64,000 bases of DNA, from NCBI GenBank assembly GCA_965277555.1, contig OZ255834.1, positions 6,744,804-6,808,803 of the forward strand, read 5' to 3'. The notes under the pieces are model-generated. The model saw nothing but the letters and a program-made list of their open reading frames with translations. It made no database searches and was not told the origin of the DNA. Positions 37,869-49,784 of the stretch are shown piece by piece (the first letter of the stretch is position 1; each line of letters starts with the position of its first letter). A program made the translations under genes and the position numbers. The DNA is from Bryobacteraceae bacterium. GTDB lineage: Bacteria; Acidobacteriota; Terriglobia; Bryobacterales; Bryobacteraceae.

Positions 37869-38597
37869 CTAAACCATACTATCGTCCGAACCGCTATCGT
37901 CGAATCCGCCGCCATCGTCTACGTTCGAGTCGTCGAATTGCGAGTTATCGTCGTATTGCGTCGAATCGTCCACGTTGCTCAGATCGCTATTCCCGAGGTC
38001 GCTCGTGCCGGCGAAATTATTTCCGCGATCGTCCCCCCGGTAATCGCCCGCGCTGCTGCCGCCCGATGAATCGTAGTAATTATTGACAACCTCTTCGGTC
38101 GGGGCCATTCCACCGCCCCCCGCGAATTCATTTCCGCCGAAGAACCCGCCGCCGTGGTGCGAAAACATCGATCCGATCGCCTCTGCTGCCAACGACCCTG
38201 CCGCCACGCCCGCCGCCGTTTGCGCCGCGCCGCGCAAAAAACTCGATCCGCCGCCGCTCCCAAACCCGGAGCCCTGCACCGGAGCCGCATATTGGGGAGG
38301 AGGAGGAGCGGAATATTGCTGCTGCCCTGCATTAGCGCTGGACTGTCCGAGCCAGCTCGAACCTCCCGCTACCTGCCCTTGACCGCCCCTTTGCTGCAAA
38401 TCTTGCAGCTGCTGCTGCGTCCGCTGGAGCGCCATGTTTTGAATGAGAACCGTTTGCGTCATCAGGTAAAGCGCGTCCGGACGGCTGCCGATCTTAGTCC
38501 GAATGATGTCTTCCGCTTCCGGGTCTCGCGGCGGCGCGGGCATTTGTGCCACCCGGCCGGCTAGGTCGTTAAGCATGTTTTTTTCGTCTGGCGTCAT
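37869..38597 (-). CDS. DUF2076 domain protein with Gly-rich middle and acidic repetitive C-terminus
   Basis: N-terminal MTPDEKNMLNDLAGRV...DALYLMTQTVLIQNMALQ..QQLQDLQ pattern, then G/S/A-rich sequence, then DDS/DDN repeats. Confidence 0.65.
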   Translation of the reverse strand: MTPDEKNMLNDLAGRVAQMPAPPRDPEAEDIIRTKIGSRPDALYLMTQTVLIQNMALQRTQQQLQDLQQRGGQGQVAGGSSWLGQSSANAGQQQYSAPPPPQYAAPVQGSGFGSGGGSSFLRGAAQTAAGVAAGSLAAEAIGSMFSHHGGGFFGGNEFAGGGGMAPTEEVVNNYYDSSGGSSAGDYRGDDRGNNFAGTSDLGNSDLSNVDDSTQYDDNSQFDDSNVDDGGGFDDSGSDDSMV

Positions 38598-38849
38598 GGT
38601 TTTCCCTGAGTTCGAAGTTCGAATTGCTAATTCGTTAGACGCGAATTGTTGCTAGCTGGTTCAGCTGGACCGGTCTCCCGGTCGGACTCGCCCCACTTGC
38701 AACCCGGCCGTCAACCATGACAGTGTAGGGATGGATGGCGACTTGCTCGGTGTTTGTCGTTGGCTCCCGCCTATTTTGCCCTGTCGCAAGAGAACTGAGC
38801 CCCCGAAAACGAACAAAAGTTCCGTGATGCCATCAGAAAGCTGTTCCCC

Positions 38850-40130
38850 ATGCTCTTAGAAGCTACTTCGACCCTGTCTGTCGATCAGGAAATCAATCCC
38901 TGGCAATCCGCCGCCCATCGTTTCGATGAGGCGGCCGAACTCCTCCGGCTGGACGATGGCATGCGCAAAGTGTTGCGCTCGCCAGCCATGGAGTTGTCCG
39001 TAAACATTCCCGTTGTGCTAGATGACGGGCGCATTGAAGTATTTACCGGCTATCGCGTGCAACATTCCATCGCCCGAGGTCCGGCCAAGGGTGGAATCCG
39101 CTTCGCCCCCGACGTTTCTCTGGACGAAGTGCGTGCCCTGGCCGCTTGGATGACGTGGAAGTGTGCTGTAGTAAACATTCCGTTCGGCGGCGGTAAGGGA
39201 GGCGTTATTTGCGAACCTCACCTCCTCAGCGAAGGCGAACTGGAGCGCATCACCAGGCGCTACACCGCCGAAATCTGCGAATTCATCGGGCCTGAGCGCG
39301 ATGTCCCGGCACCCGACGTGAACACCAACGAACAGACCATGGCCTGGATCATGGATACCTACTCCATGCATAAGCGCCACACTGTGACCGCCGTCGTTAC
39401 CGGCAAGCCGCTCGAATTGGGCGGCTCGCTGGGCCGTCCCGAAGCTACCGGCCGTGGCTGCATGTTTGTCACTCTCGAAGCCTTGAAGCGCTTCGGCCTG
39501 TCTCCCGAAAACACCCGCGTCGTCATTCAGGGCTTCGGGAATGTGGGCGGCATGGCGGCTCGCCTAATGAGCCGGGCCGGCTTCAAAATCATCTCGATCG
39601 TCGAGTACGATGGCGCTGTCTACAATCGGCACGGACTCGATATCGAAGCGCTCATGCTTCACCGCCGCGAGACTGGCTCCATACGCGGGTTTGCCGAAGC
39701 TGAGGACATCGACAAAGACGAGGCGCTTCTCATGGAGTGCGAGGTGCTGATTCCTGCGGCCCGCGAGAACGTCATCACCTCGCGCAACGCACACCGCATC
39801 CGAACCAAAATCCTATGCGAGGGTGCCAACGGCCCCACCACTTTCGTCGCCGATTCCATCCTGACTGAAAAGAAGGTTTTTGTTATTCCCGACATCCTCG
39901 CGAACGCGGGCGGCGTCACCGTCTCCTACTTCGAATGGGTACAGGATCGCCAGGGCTATTTCTGGAACGAGAAGATGGTCAACGAGCGCCTCGAGGAAAT
40001 CATGGTCGCCAGCTTCAACGACGTCATAGGTTACGCCGAAAAGCACACGGTTAACAACCGCACCGCAGCCTACATGCTTGCGCTCGACCGGGTCGCTCTC
40101 GCCATCCGCCGGCGCGGGCTCTACGCTTGA
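38850..40130 (+). CDS. gdhA: Glutamate dehydrogenase (Glu/Leu/Phe/Val dehydrogenase family)
   Basis: GPAKGGIRF, the catalytic Lys region [16 protein letters not shown], and the dinucleotide fold GFGNVG. Confidence 0.95.
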   Translation: MLLEATSTLSVDQEINPWQSAAHRFDEAAELLRLDDGMRKVLRSPAMELSVNIPVVLDDGRIEVFTGYRVQHSIARGPAKGGIRFAPDVSLDEVRALAAWMTWKCAVVNIPFGGGKGGVICEPHLLSEGELERITRRYTAEICEFIGPERDVPAPDVNTNEQTMAWIMDTYSMHKRHTVTAVVTGKPLELGGSLGRPEATGRGCMFVTLEALKRFGLSPENTRVVIQGFGNVGGMAARLMSRAGFKIISIVEYDGAVYNRHGLDIEALMLHRRETGSIRGFAEAEDIDKDEALLMECEVLIPAARENVITSRNAHRIRTKILCEGANGPTTFVADSILTEKKVFVIPDILANAGGVTVSYFEWVQDRQGYFWNEKMVNERLEEIMVASFNDVIGYAEKHTVNNRTAAYMLALDRVALAIRRRGLYA

Positions 40131-40555
40131 TCGAGTGGATTCACCCAGCGCAGCCCGGAAAACCGCCCAAAGTTGCGATCTGTCGAGGCTAAGGTCGCCG
40201 CATGCTCGATGGCGATCGCCGCCAGCACGGCATCGCTAATTATGCTTCCCACCACCCCGCTCTCGAGTACCAGCCGCGTCAGAATCGTTTTGTGCCGGGG
40301 ACCAGGTTGCACTAGCACCGCGTTAGGCTGGCTCAACCAATCCTCTAGCCGGTCGAACAACTCCTCTGTGGAGACCGGACTCTTCCAAACTCTCGGGTTC
40401 GATGCGATCCGCACAAATGCCCAAAGCACCATCCAGCTCAAACCGACCGTTTCATGAGTTTCGAACTGCCTGCTAAGCCATTCCGCGGCGGCTCGATGCT
40501 GCGCCGCGCCAGGATTTTGGGCATAGATCAAGATGTTCACATCAGGCATCACCAC
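40121..40555 (-). CDS. vapC: PIN-domain toxin (VapC-like)
   Basis: N-terminal PDVNILIY (first acidic residue), a distal DAVLAAIA and LASTDRNF. It overlaps the upstream antitoxin gene by 7 nt. Confidence 0.7.
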   Translation of the reverse strand: MVMPDVNILIYAQNPGAAQHRAAAEWLSRQFETHETVGLSWMVLWAFVRIASNPRVWKSPVSTEELFDRLEDWLSQPNAVLVQPGPRHKTILTRLVLESGVVGSIISDAVLAAIAIEHAATLASTDRNFGRFSGLRWVNPLDQA

Positions 40556-40818
40556 TTTCGGTCTTCGCCTTCCGCATAATCGAGCAGTTCGCTGGTTTTG
40601 TCGTAATTCAAGCCCGGAATGACGCCCATGTCGTGAAATGGCCGGACCTTGAACTTACGTTCCGCGGGTTTTTCCGCCGACAACGCAAATCGGAGCAAAT
40701 TGTTCAAAGTCTCCCGAAACGAATCGCCACGCTCTCGGCTCTCCTGTTTCACCTTGTCCAGGACATCCTCATCCAGCGTCACCGTCGTTCTTACACTTGT
40801 AGCCGTCGTGGTGCTCAT
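40549..40818 (-). CDS. Ribbon-helix-helix antitoxin (VapB-like)
   Basis: VRTTVTLDEDVLDKVKQESRERGDSFRETLNNLLR is RHH-like. It is paired with the PIN gene. Confidence 0.6.
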   Translation of the reverse strand: MSTTTATSVRTTVTLDEDVLDKVKQESRERGDSFRETLNNLLRFALSAEKPAERKFKVRPFHDMGVIPGLNYDKTSELLDYAEGEDRKW

Positions 40819-40920
40819 GATGCCTCTACTCTATCACCATTCTCATCACCCTTCAAGCCCCCCTCCTCACAAAATTCACTTCCCTTCGCTGTACACTGTT
40901 CGTTTGGTAATTCTCACTCC

Positions 40921-43491
40921 ATGACTCAGGAGCCGTCGACTCCGCTCATGCGGCAATACCAAGCCGCTAAGAAGCAGGTTCCAGGCACGCTCCTTCTCTT
41001 CCGGCTAGGCGATTTCTACGAGCTCTTCTATGAGGACGCCGTCACGGCTGCCCGCGAACTCGAAATCACCCTCACCTCGCGCAACAAGGAACGCGGCGAG
41101 CCCATTCCGATGTGTGGTGTTCCTTACCACTCGGCGGACGGCTATATCGCGCGCCTGATTCAGCGCGGCCATCGCGTCGCCATCTGCGAGCAGATGGAGG
41201 AGGCCGGTCCGGGCAAGAAACTGGTCCGCAGAGAAGTCACTCGCGTCATCACACCGGGGACCGCCACCAACTCAAACCTTCTCCGTTCGCACGAAAACAA
41301 CTTTTTGGCCGCCGTGTTCGCCAAGAGCAACCGCTGTGGGCTGGCCTACGCCGATCTCTCGACCGGCGAATTCCGCACCACCGAAGTTTCTGAAGAAGAG
41401 TTGATCCCCGCCCTCGAGACTTTGAACATTCGGGAGCTACTCCGCCCCGACGGCTTGCCCATCGGCTGTTCTTGTCTCGAAACGCCGCTCGATGCCTGGG
41501 TCTTCGGCGGCGATTATGCGGGCCGCCAGGTGCTCGATACTTTTCGCCTGCTCTCGCTCGACGGCTGCGGTTTAGGCGACCGGCCGCTGGCCGCCGCTGC
41601 CGCCGGCGCGGTCGTGCATTACCTGCGCGAAACTCAGAAGTCCTCGCTCGACCATCTCAACCCACCTACTTTCTATCAGCGCAACTCGCACATGGTGCTC
41701 GACGGTGCCACCATCCGCAATTTGGAACTGGTAGAGCCGCTCTTCGCCGGCGAGAGCCGGGAAACGACCCTCATCCACGTCCTCGATAGGACCCTCACCG
41801 GAATGGGTGGCCGTCTTCTGCGCCAACGGCTGCTTCAACCCTCCTGCACGCGGGACGAAATTGAAGCCAGGCTCGACGCCGTGGCCGAACTCGCGTCGAA
41901 AATCATCGTTCGCGGAGATCTCAGGAAAGCGCTGGGCCTCGTGCAGGATCTGGAACGACTCTTAGCCAAAGTCACTCTCGGCACGGCAACGCCGCGAGAA
42001 CTACTTGCCCTGGGCAAATCGCTGGCTCGACTGCCCGCTATTGCAGAACTCGTCGCTCAATTTGAAAGCCCCTTATTACGTAGGCCAATCGATCCCGTCC
42101 CCGAGGCGAGCGAGAAGATACTAGCGGCTATTGCGGATGAGCCACCGGTTCTCTTGGCCGACGGCGGAACAATCCGTGACGGATTCGACCACGAGCTGGA
42201 TGAACTACGCGATATCAGCCGTAACAGCCGACAGTACATTGCAGCCATCGAAGCTCGGGAGCGAAGCCAGACCGGAATCCAGTCGCTCAAAATTCGCTTC
42301 AATAACGTTTTTGGCTACTACATCGAAATTTCGAACGCAAATCGCCAGCTGGTCCCCGCCGCCTATGAGCGCAGGCAGACGTTGGCCAACGCGGAACGCT
42401 TCACGACGCCCGAACTTAAGGAATTAGAAGCGAAAGTCTTGGCGGCCGAGGACAAAATACTGGCTCTCGAGCGCGATCTCTTCCACTCCGTCCGGGCTTT
42501 CGCCGCCGAACACGCCGCCCGGATCAAAGAAGCAGCCGCCGCCGTCGCCGAGATCGACGTCTCCGCCGCCCTGGCCCATGTCGCAGTAGAAAACCGTTAT
42601 AAGCGCCCAAAGTTTTCCGATTCCGGCGAAATGCGCATCGACGCCGGCCGCCATCCTGTGATCGAAAAATTGGCCGAGCGCGAGGCCGCTCGCTTTGTCC
42701 CTAATGATTTATATCTACATTCCTCGGGCGAATACATCGGCGTCATCACCGGCCCGAACATGGGGGGGAAGTCTACCTACCTTCGGCAGTCCGCTTTGAT
42801 CCTGATCCTTGCTCAGCTCGGCTCTTTTATTCCAGCCGATGCCGCGCTGCTTCCAATAGTGGATAGAGTTTACACAAGGATCGGCGCGGCCGACAATCTC
42901 GCGCGAGGTCGATCTACCTTCATGGTCGAGATGACGGAAGCCGCAGCCATCCTGAATACCGCCTCCGCTAATAGCTTCATAGTATTAGATGAGATAGGCC
43001 GAGGCACCTCTACCTTCGACGGGCTGGCTCTCGCCTGGGCGATCGTCGAGTACATCCAGGAGCATATTCGGGCAAAAACACTCTTCGCGACCCACTATCA
43101 CGAGCTCACAGCCCTCGCCGATCAACTTTCTGCAATAAGAAATTTACATGTTTCTGTAAAGGAACTAAACGACGGGATCTTATTCATAAGAAAGGTAGAA
43201 CCGGGTGTTGCGGACCGCAGTTACGGCATCGAAGTAGCCCGTTTAGCAGGCTTACCCCTGCAAGTAATCGAGCGGGCGAGGTCCGTTTTATTGCATCATG
43301 AAGTAAGGGAACACTCCGTTAGCGACGAGCTGGCCCCGAGTGACGCTGTCGCGCCCCTGCAGATTAGACTTTTTGAGCCCGTGAATCAGGGACTCGCCGA
43401 TCGGATACGGGCGTTGAATATCAACCAGCTACGGCCGGTCGAAGCTTTGCAGATTCTGCACGAACTACAGCAAGAGTTGCTAAAGATATGA
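40921..43491 (+). CDS. mutS: DNA mismatch repair protein MutS
   Basis: The start MTQEPSTPLMRQYQAAKK...LLLFRLGDFYELF (mismatch-binding domain), Walker A ITGPNMGGKST, and DEIGRGTSTFDG. The track ORF from 40633 is an upstream extension. Confidence 0.95.
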   Translation: MTQEPSTPLMRQYQAAKKQVPGTLLLFRLGDFYELFYEDAVTAARELEITLTSRNKERGEPIPMCGVPYHSADGYIARLIQRGHRVAICEQMEEAGPGKKLVRREVTRVITPGTATNSNLLRSHENNFLAAVFAKSNRCGLAYADLSTGEFRTTEVSEEELIPALETLNIRELLRPDGLPIGCSCLETPLDAWVFGGDYAGRQVLDTFRLLSLDGCGLGDRPLAAAAAGAVVHYLRETQKSSLDHLNPPTFYQRNSHMVLDGATIRNLELVEPLFAGESRETTLIHVLDRTLTGMGGRLLRQRLLQPSCTRDEIEARLDAVAELASKIIVRGDLRKALGLVQDLERLLAKVTLGTATPRELLALGKSLARLPAIAELVAQFESPLLRRPIDPVPEASEKILAAIADEPPVLLADGGTIRDGFDHELDELRDISRNSRQYIAAIEARERSQTGIQSLKIRFNNVFGYYIEISNANRQLVPAAYERRQTLANAERFTTPELKELEAKVLAAEDKILALERDLFHSVRAFAAEHAARIKEAAAAVAEIDVSAALAHVAVENRYKRPKFSDSGEMRIDAGRHPVIEKLAEREAARFVPNDLYLHSSGEYIGVITGPNMGGKSTYLRQSALILILAQLGSFIPADAALLPIVDRVYTRIGAADNLARGRSTFMVEMTEAAAILNTASANSFIVLDEIGRGTSTFDGLALAWAIVEYIQEHIRAKTLFATHYHELTALADQLSAIRNLHVSVKELNDGILFIRKVEPGVADRSYGIEVARLAGLPLQVIERARSVLLHHEVREHSVSDELAPSDAVAPLQIRLFEPVNQGLADRIRALNINQLRPVEALQILHELQQELLKI

Positions 43492-44786
43492 GAATAGCAG
43501 GCATTATGAGCGGTACCTCGCTCGACGGGATAGATGTGGCGATCATCGACATCGCCGGTTCAGGCTTCAAGGCCAAGATCAATGTCTTGACTAGCCACTC
43601 TGTCCCCTATCCAAAGAAAATCCGGGAAGCGCTATTGGCGGTTTCTAATGCGAATGTGCTAACCGGCGATATATCGCGGCTGAACTTTCTTCTTGGTGAA
43701 TTGTACGCGGAAGCCTTGGAAGAAACGGCTGAGCGGGCCGAGATTCCTCTCGACACGATCAAGCTGGTCGGCTGTCATGGTCAGACCATTTTCCACGAAG
43801 GCCACGCGGCGCAGTACCTCGGGAAAAAAGTCTCCAGCACATTTCAGATTGGCGAATCAAGCGTCATCAGTGAGCGGACCGGGATCGACGTGATCTCGAA
43901 CTTCCGCGAACGAGACATGGCGGCCGGCGGCAAAGGCGCGCCCTTGGTTCCCTATCTCGATTACATGTTGATCAGGCATCGCGGCAAGGGTAGGGTGGCG
44001 ATCAATATCGGCGGCATCGCGAATCTTACCGCCATTCCTCCCAACACCAACACGGATCGCGTGATCGCGTTCGATACGGGTCCGGGCAACATGGTTATTG
44101 ACCAGCTGGCGACTCGCATTACGAGCGGCGGCTTGACCTATGACCGGGATGGCGCGATGGCGGCCGCCGGCACGCCCGATCCGAAACTGCTGGCAAAACT
44201 CCTACGCGACAAATACTTTCGCGCGAAACCGCCCAAAGCGGCGGGCCGGGAACAATACGGCTCGGAGTTTGTGTCGAAACTGCTCGACACCGAGCTCAGC
44301 AGCGAAGACCTGGTGGCCACCGCAACGGCTTTAACCGCGGAAAGCATCGCGATGAGCGTGCGCAACTTCGTTCTGTCCGAAATGCGGGTCGACGAGATCT
44401 TCGTTTCGGGCGGCGGCACGCACAACCCCACGCTCATGCGGATGCTGCGCAAAGCCATGGGTGAGATCCCGGTCAAGGAAACCAGCGAGGTCGGGCTCGA
44501 CGTCGATTCTAAAGAGGCTATCGCTTTCGCGGTGATGGCCTACGAGACCGCGCACGCACGACCGTCGAATGTTCCGATGGCCACCGGCGCAAAGCGCCAC
44601 GTCATCCTGGGCAAGGTCACGCAAAACGGTGGTTCCCACAACGGGAACTCGAATGGGACCGCGCACAACGGCGTCGCAACTCACAATAACGGGTCGGCCA
44701 CTGGTCACAAAGGAAAACCCTCCCGTCCGTCTAAAGTAGGCGGCAATGCCGCCGTTGCGCCGAAAGCCAAGGCCGCGGCCCGCTAA
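43488..44786 (+). CDS. anmK: Anhydro-N-acetylmuramic acid kinase with Asn/Gly/His-rich C-terminal tail
   Basis: ATGA overlap with mutS. GIMSGTSLDGIDVAI, CHGQTIFH and NIGGIANL. Confidence 0.9.
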   Translation: MRIAGIMSGTSLDGIDVAIIDIAGSGFKAKINVLTSHSVPYPKKIREALLAVSNANVLTGDISRLNFLLGELYAEALEETAERAEIPLDTIKLVGCHGQTIFHEGHAAQYLGKKVSSTFQIGESSVISERTGIDVISNFRERDMAAGGKGAPLVPYLDYMLIRHRGKGRVAINIGGIANLTAIPPNTNTDRVIAFDTGPGNMVIDQLATRITSGGLTYDRDGAMAAAGTPDPKLLAKLLRDKYFRAKPPKAAGREQYGSEFVSKLLDTELSSEDLVATATALTAESIAMSVRNFVLSEMRVDEIFVSGGGTHNPTLMRMLRKAMGEIPVKETSEVGLDVDSKEAIAFAVMAYETAHARPSNVPMATGAKRHVILGKVTQNGGSHNGNSNGTAHNGVATHNNGSATGHKGKPSRPSKVGGNAAVAPKAKAAAR

Positions 44787-44810
44787 CCAAGAAATACAGC
44801 CAGCAGCCAA

Positions 44811-44841
44811 GGGGAATGTCCAGCAAGGACATTCCCCTTTT
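44811..44841. terminator. Intrinsic terminator hairpin between convergent anmK and treS
   Basis: GGGGAATGTCC-AGCAA-GGACATTCCCC (perfect 11-bp stem) followed by TTTT on the plus strand. Confidence 0.7.
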
Positions 44842-44851
44842 CCGCGTTTGC

Positions 44852-48256
<3,405 letters not shown>

Positions 48257-48298
48257 AACTCTTCGAAGATGACCGTTGCGGAGAATGAATGAGTAGAC

Positions 48299-49570
48299 GT
48301 GGCGCGCATTGTTCTCAACACGCTAGGCTCACTGGGCGATCTGCATCCCTTCCTCGGGATGGCGATCGGGCTGGCGCGACGCGGGCACACTGCGGTGATC
48401 GCGACCTCGGAGATATATCGAAGCAAGATCGAAGCCGAAGGGGTTGGTTTTGCGCCGGTGCGGCCGGATCTGGGCGCGCTGCTGGACGACCGGGAGCTGA
48501 TGAGAAAGATCTGGGACCGGCGGCGCGGCACGGAGTATTTGTTGAAAGAGGTCATTCTGCCTTCGCTCGAAGACAGCTTCGAAGACTTGATGGCGGCGAG
48601 CGAGCGTGCGGACCTGCTGGTTACGCATACGACGGCCTCCGCGGGGCCGGTAGTGGCGGAACTGACACGGACACCCTGGCTCTCGGTGGCATTGCAGCCG
48701 ATGGTCTTCTTTTCGGCCTACGATCCTCCTGTGCTGGGGCCGGCGCAATGGCTGCGGCACTTCTATCGTTTCGGACAATGGCCCTTCAAGCTGGCGTTCC
48801 AAGTGGCGAGGCGTCAGGTCAAATCGTGGATCAAGCCGATTCTCCGGCTACGGCGGAACGTGGGCTTGAAGACGACGGAGAATCCGATTTTCCGGGGGCA
48901 GTTCTCGCATGACGGGACCTTGGCCTTGTTCTCGAAACACTTCGCATCGGCGCAGCCGGACTGGCCGCGCAAGACGACTGTAACGGGCTTCGTCTATTAC
49001 GAGCGGCTGGGTGAGGCGTTCGGCGAAGATACGGGAACTGGATTAGAGGAGTTTCTGGCGAACGGGGAGCCTCCGATTCTGTTTACGCTTGGCTCTTCGG
49101 CAGTGATGCAGGCGGGCAGCTTTTTCGAAGAGAGCATCGGGGCGGCGGAGAAGCTGGGCCGGAGAGCAGTGTTGCTGGTTGGGCCGCAGCAACAAATCAG
49201 CCGCAAGGTGCCACCGTCCATTTTCCTGGCTGAGTATGCTCCTTACTCGGCGGTGATGCCGCGGGCGGCAGTAACGGTTCACCAGGGCGGCATCGGGACG
49301 ATGGCGCAGGCGCTGCTGGCAGGGCGACCTATGTTGACGGTGCCGTGGGCTCACGATCAACCGGACAATGCGGAGCGGGCTCGCAAGCTGGGTGTGAGCC
49401 GCACGTTGGATCGGAGGCGGTATTCGGCGGAAAGCGCGGCTCGGGAACTGGCGGTGCTGCTTGGGGAATCTGAGTATGGCGAGAAGGCCGCGGAGCTGCG
49501 TGGGCGTTTGTTAACGGAAGACGGGCTGGCGGCGGCTTGCGATCGGATTGAGGGGGCTGTGGCGGGTTAG
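48299..49570 (+). CDS. GT1-family UDP-glycosyltransferase (MGT/sterol-glucosyltransferase-like)
   Basis: IVLNTLGSLGDLHPFLGMAIGLARRGH and the C-terminal HQGGIGTMAQALLAGRPMLTVPWAHDQPDNA donor-binding signature. Confidence 0.8.
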   Translation: MARIVLNTLGSLGDLHPFLGMAIGLARRGHTAVIATSEIYRSKIEAEGVGFAPVRPDLGALLDDRELMRKIWDRRRGTEYLLKEVILPSLEDSFEDLMAASERADLLVTHTTASAGPVVAELTRTPWLSVALQPMVFFSAYDPPVLGPAQWLRHFYRFGQWPFKLAFQVARRQVKSWIKPILRLRRNVGLKTTENPIFRGQFSHDGTLALFSKHFASAQPDWPRKTTVTGFVYYERLGEAFGEDTGTGLEEFLANGEPPILFTLGSSAVMQAGSFFEESIGAAEKLGRRAVLLVGPQQQISRKVPPSIFLAEYAPYSAVMPRAAVTVHQGGIGTMAQALLAGRPMLTVPWAHDQPDNAERARKLGVSRTLDRRRYSAESAARELAVLLGESEYGEKAAELRGRLLTEDGLAAACDRIEGAVAG

Positions 49571-49583
49571 AGCAGATCAATTA

Positions 49584-49626
49584 GGGATTGCGTAGCCTGT
49601 CCCCGATTTTGGTTTGTCCCCGATTT
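49584..49626. repeat. Short intergenic repeat, copy 2, with tandem duplication of its 3' half
   Basis: GGGATTGCGTAGCCTGTCCCCGATTT (49584-49609), then TGTCCCCGATTT repeated at 49615-49626. It matches 36864-36890 in inverted orientation. Confidence 0.8.
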
Positions 49627-49640
49627 AAAAAACCAACCAA

Positions 49641-49662
49641 GCGTCGGGATGAGTCCCGACGC
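49641..49662 (-). terminator. Candidate intrinsic terminator for kgd (minus strand)
   Basis: GCGTCGGGA-TGAG-TCCCGACGC is a perfect 9-bp stem. On the minus strand it is followed by TTGGTTGGTTTTTT. A second hairpin, GGCAGACGA...TCGTCTGCC, lies at 49732-49759, nearer the stop. Confidence 0.5.
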
Positions 49663-49784
49663 GGCAGGCAAGAGTGCCCGCGCCACCGCCGGCGGCTTTT
49701 CATGAAGTTTCACGGGCCGCTGGGCCTTTATGGCAGACGACAAAAAACGATCGTCTGCCCCACCTATGCGCGCATGGTCTGCCG

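Noticed and set aside
40633-40920. N-terminal extension of the mutS ORF
   Set aside because: It overlaps the vapB-like gene on the opposite strand. MutS homology starts at MTQEPSTPLMRQYQ (ATG 40921).
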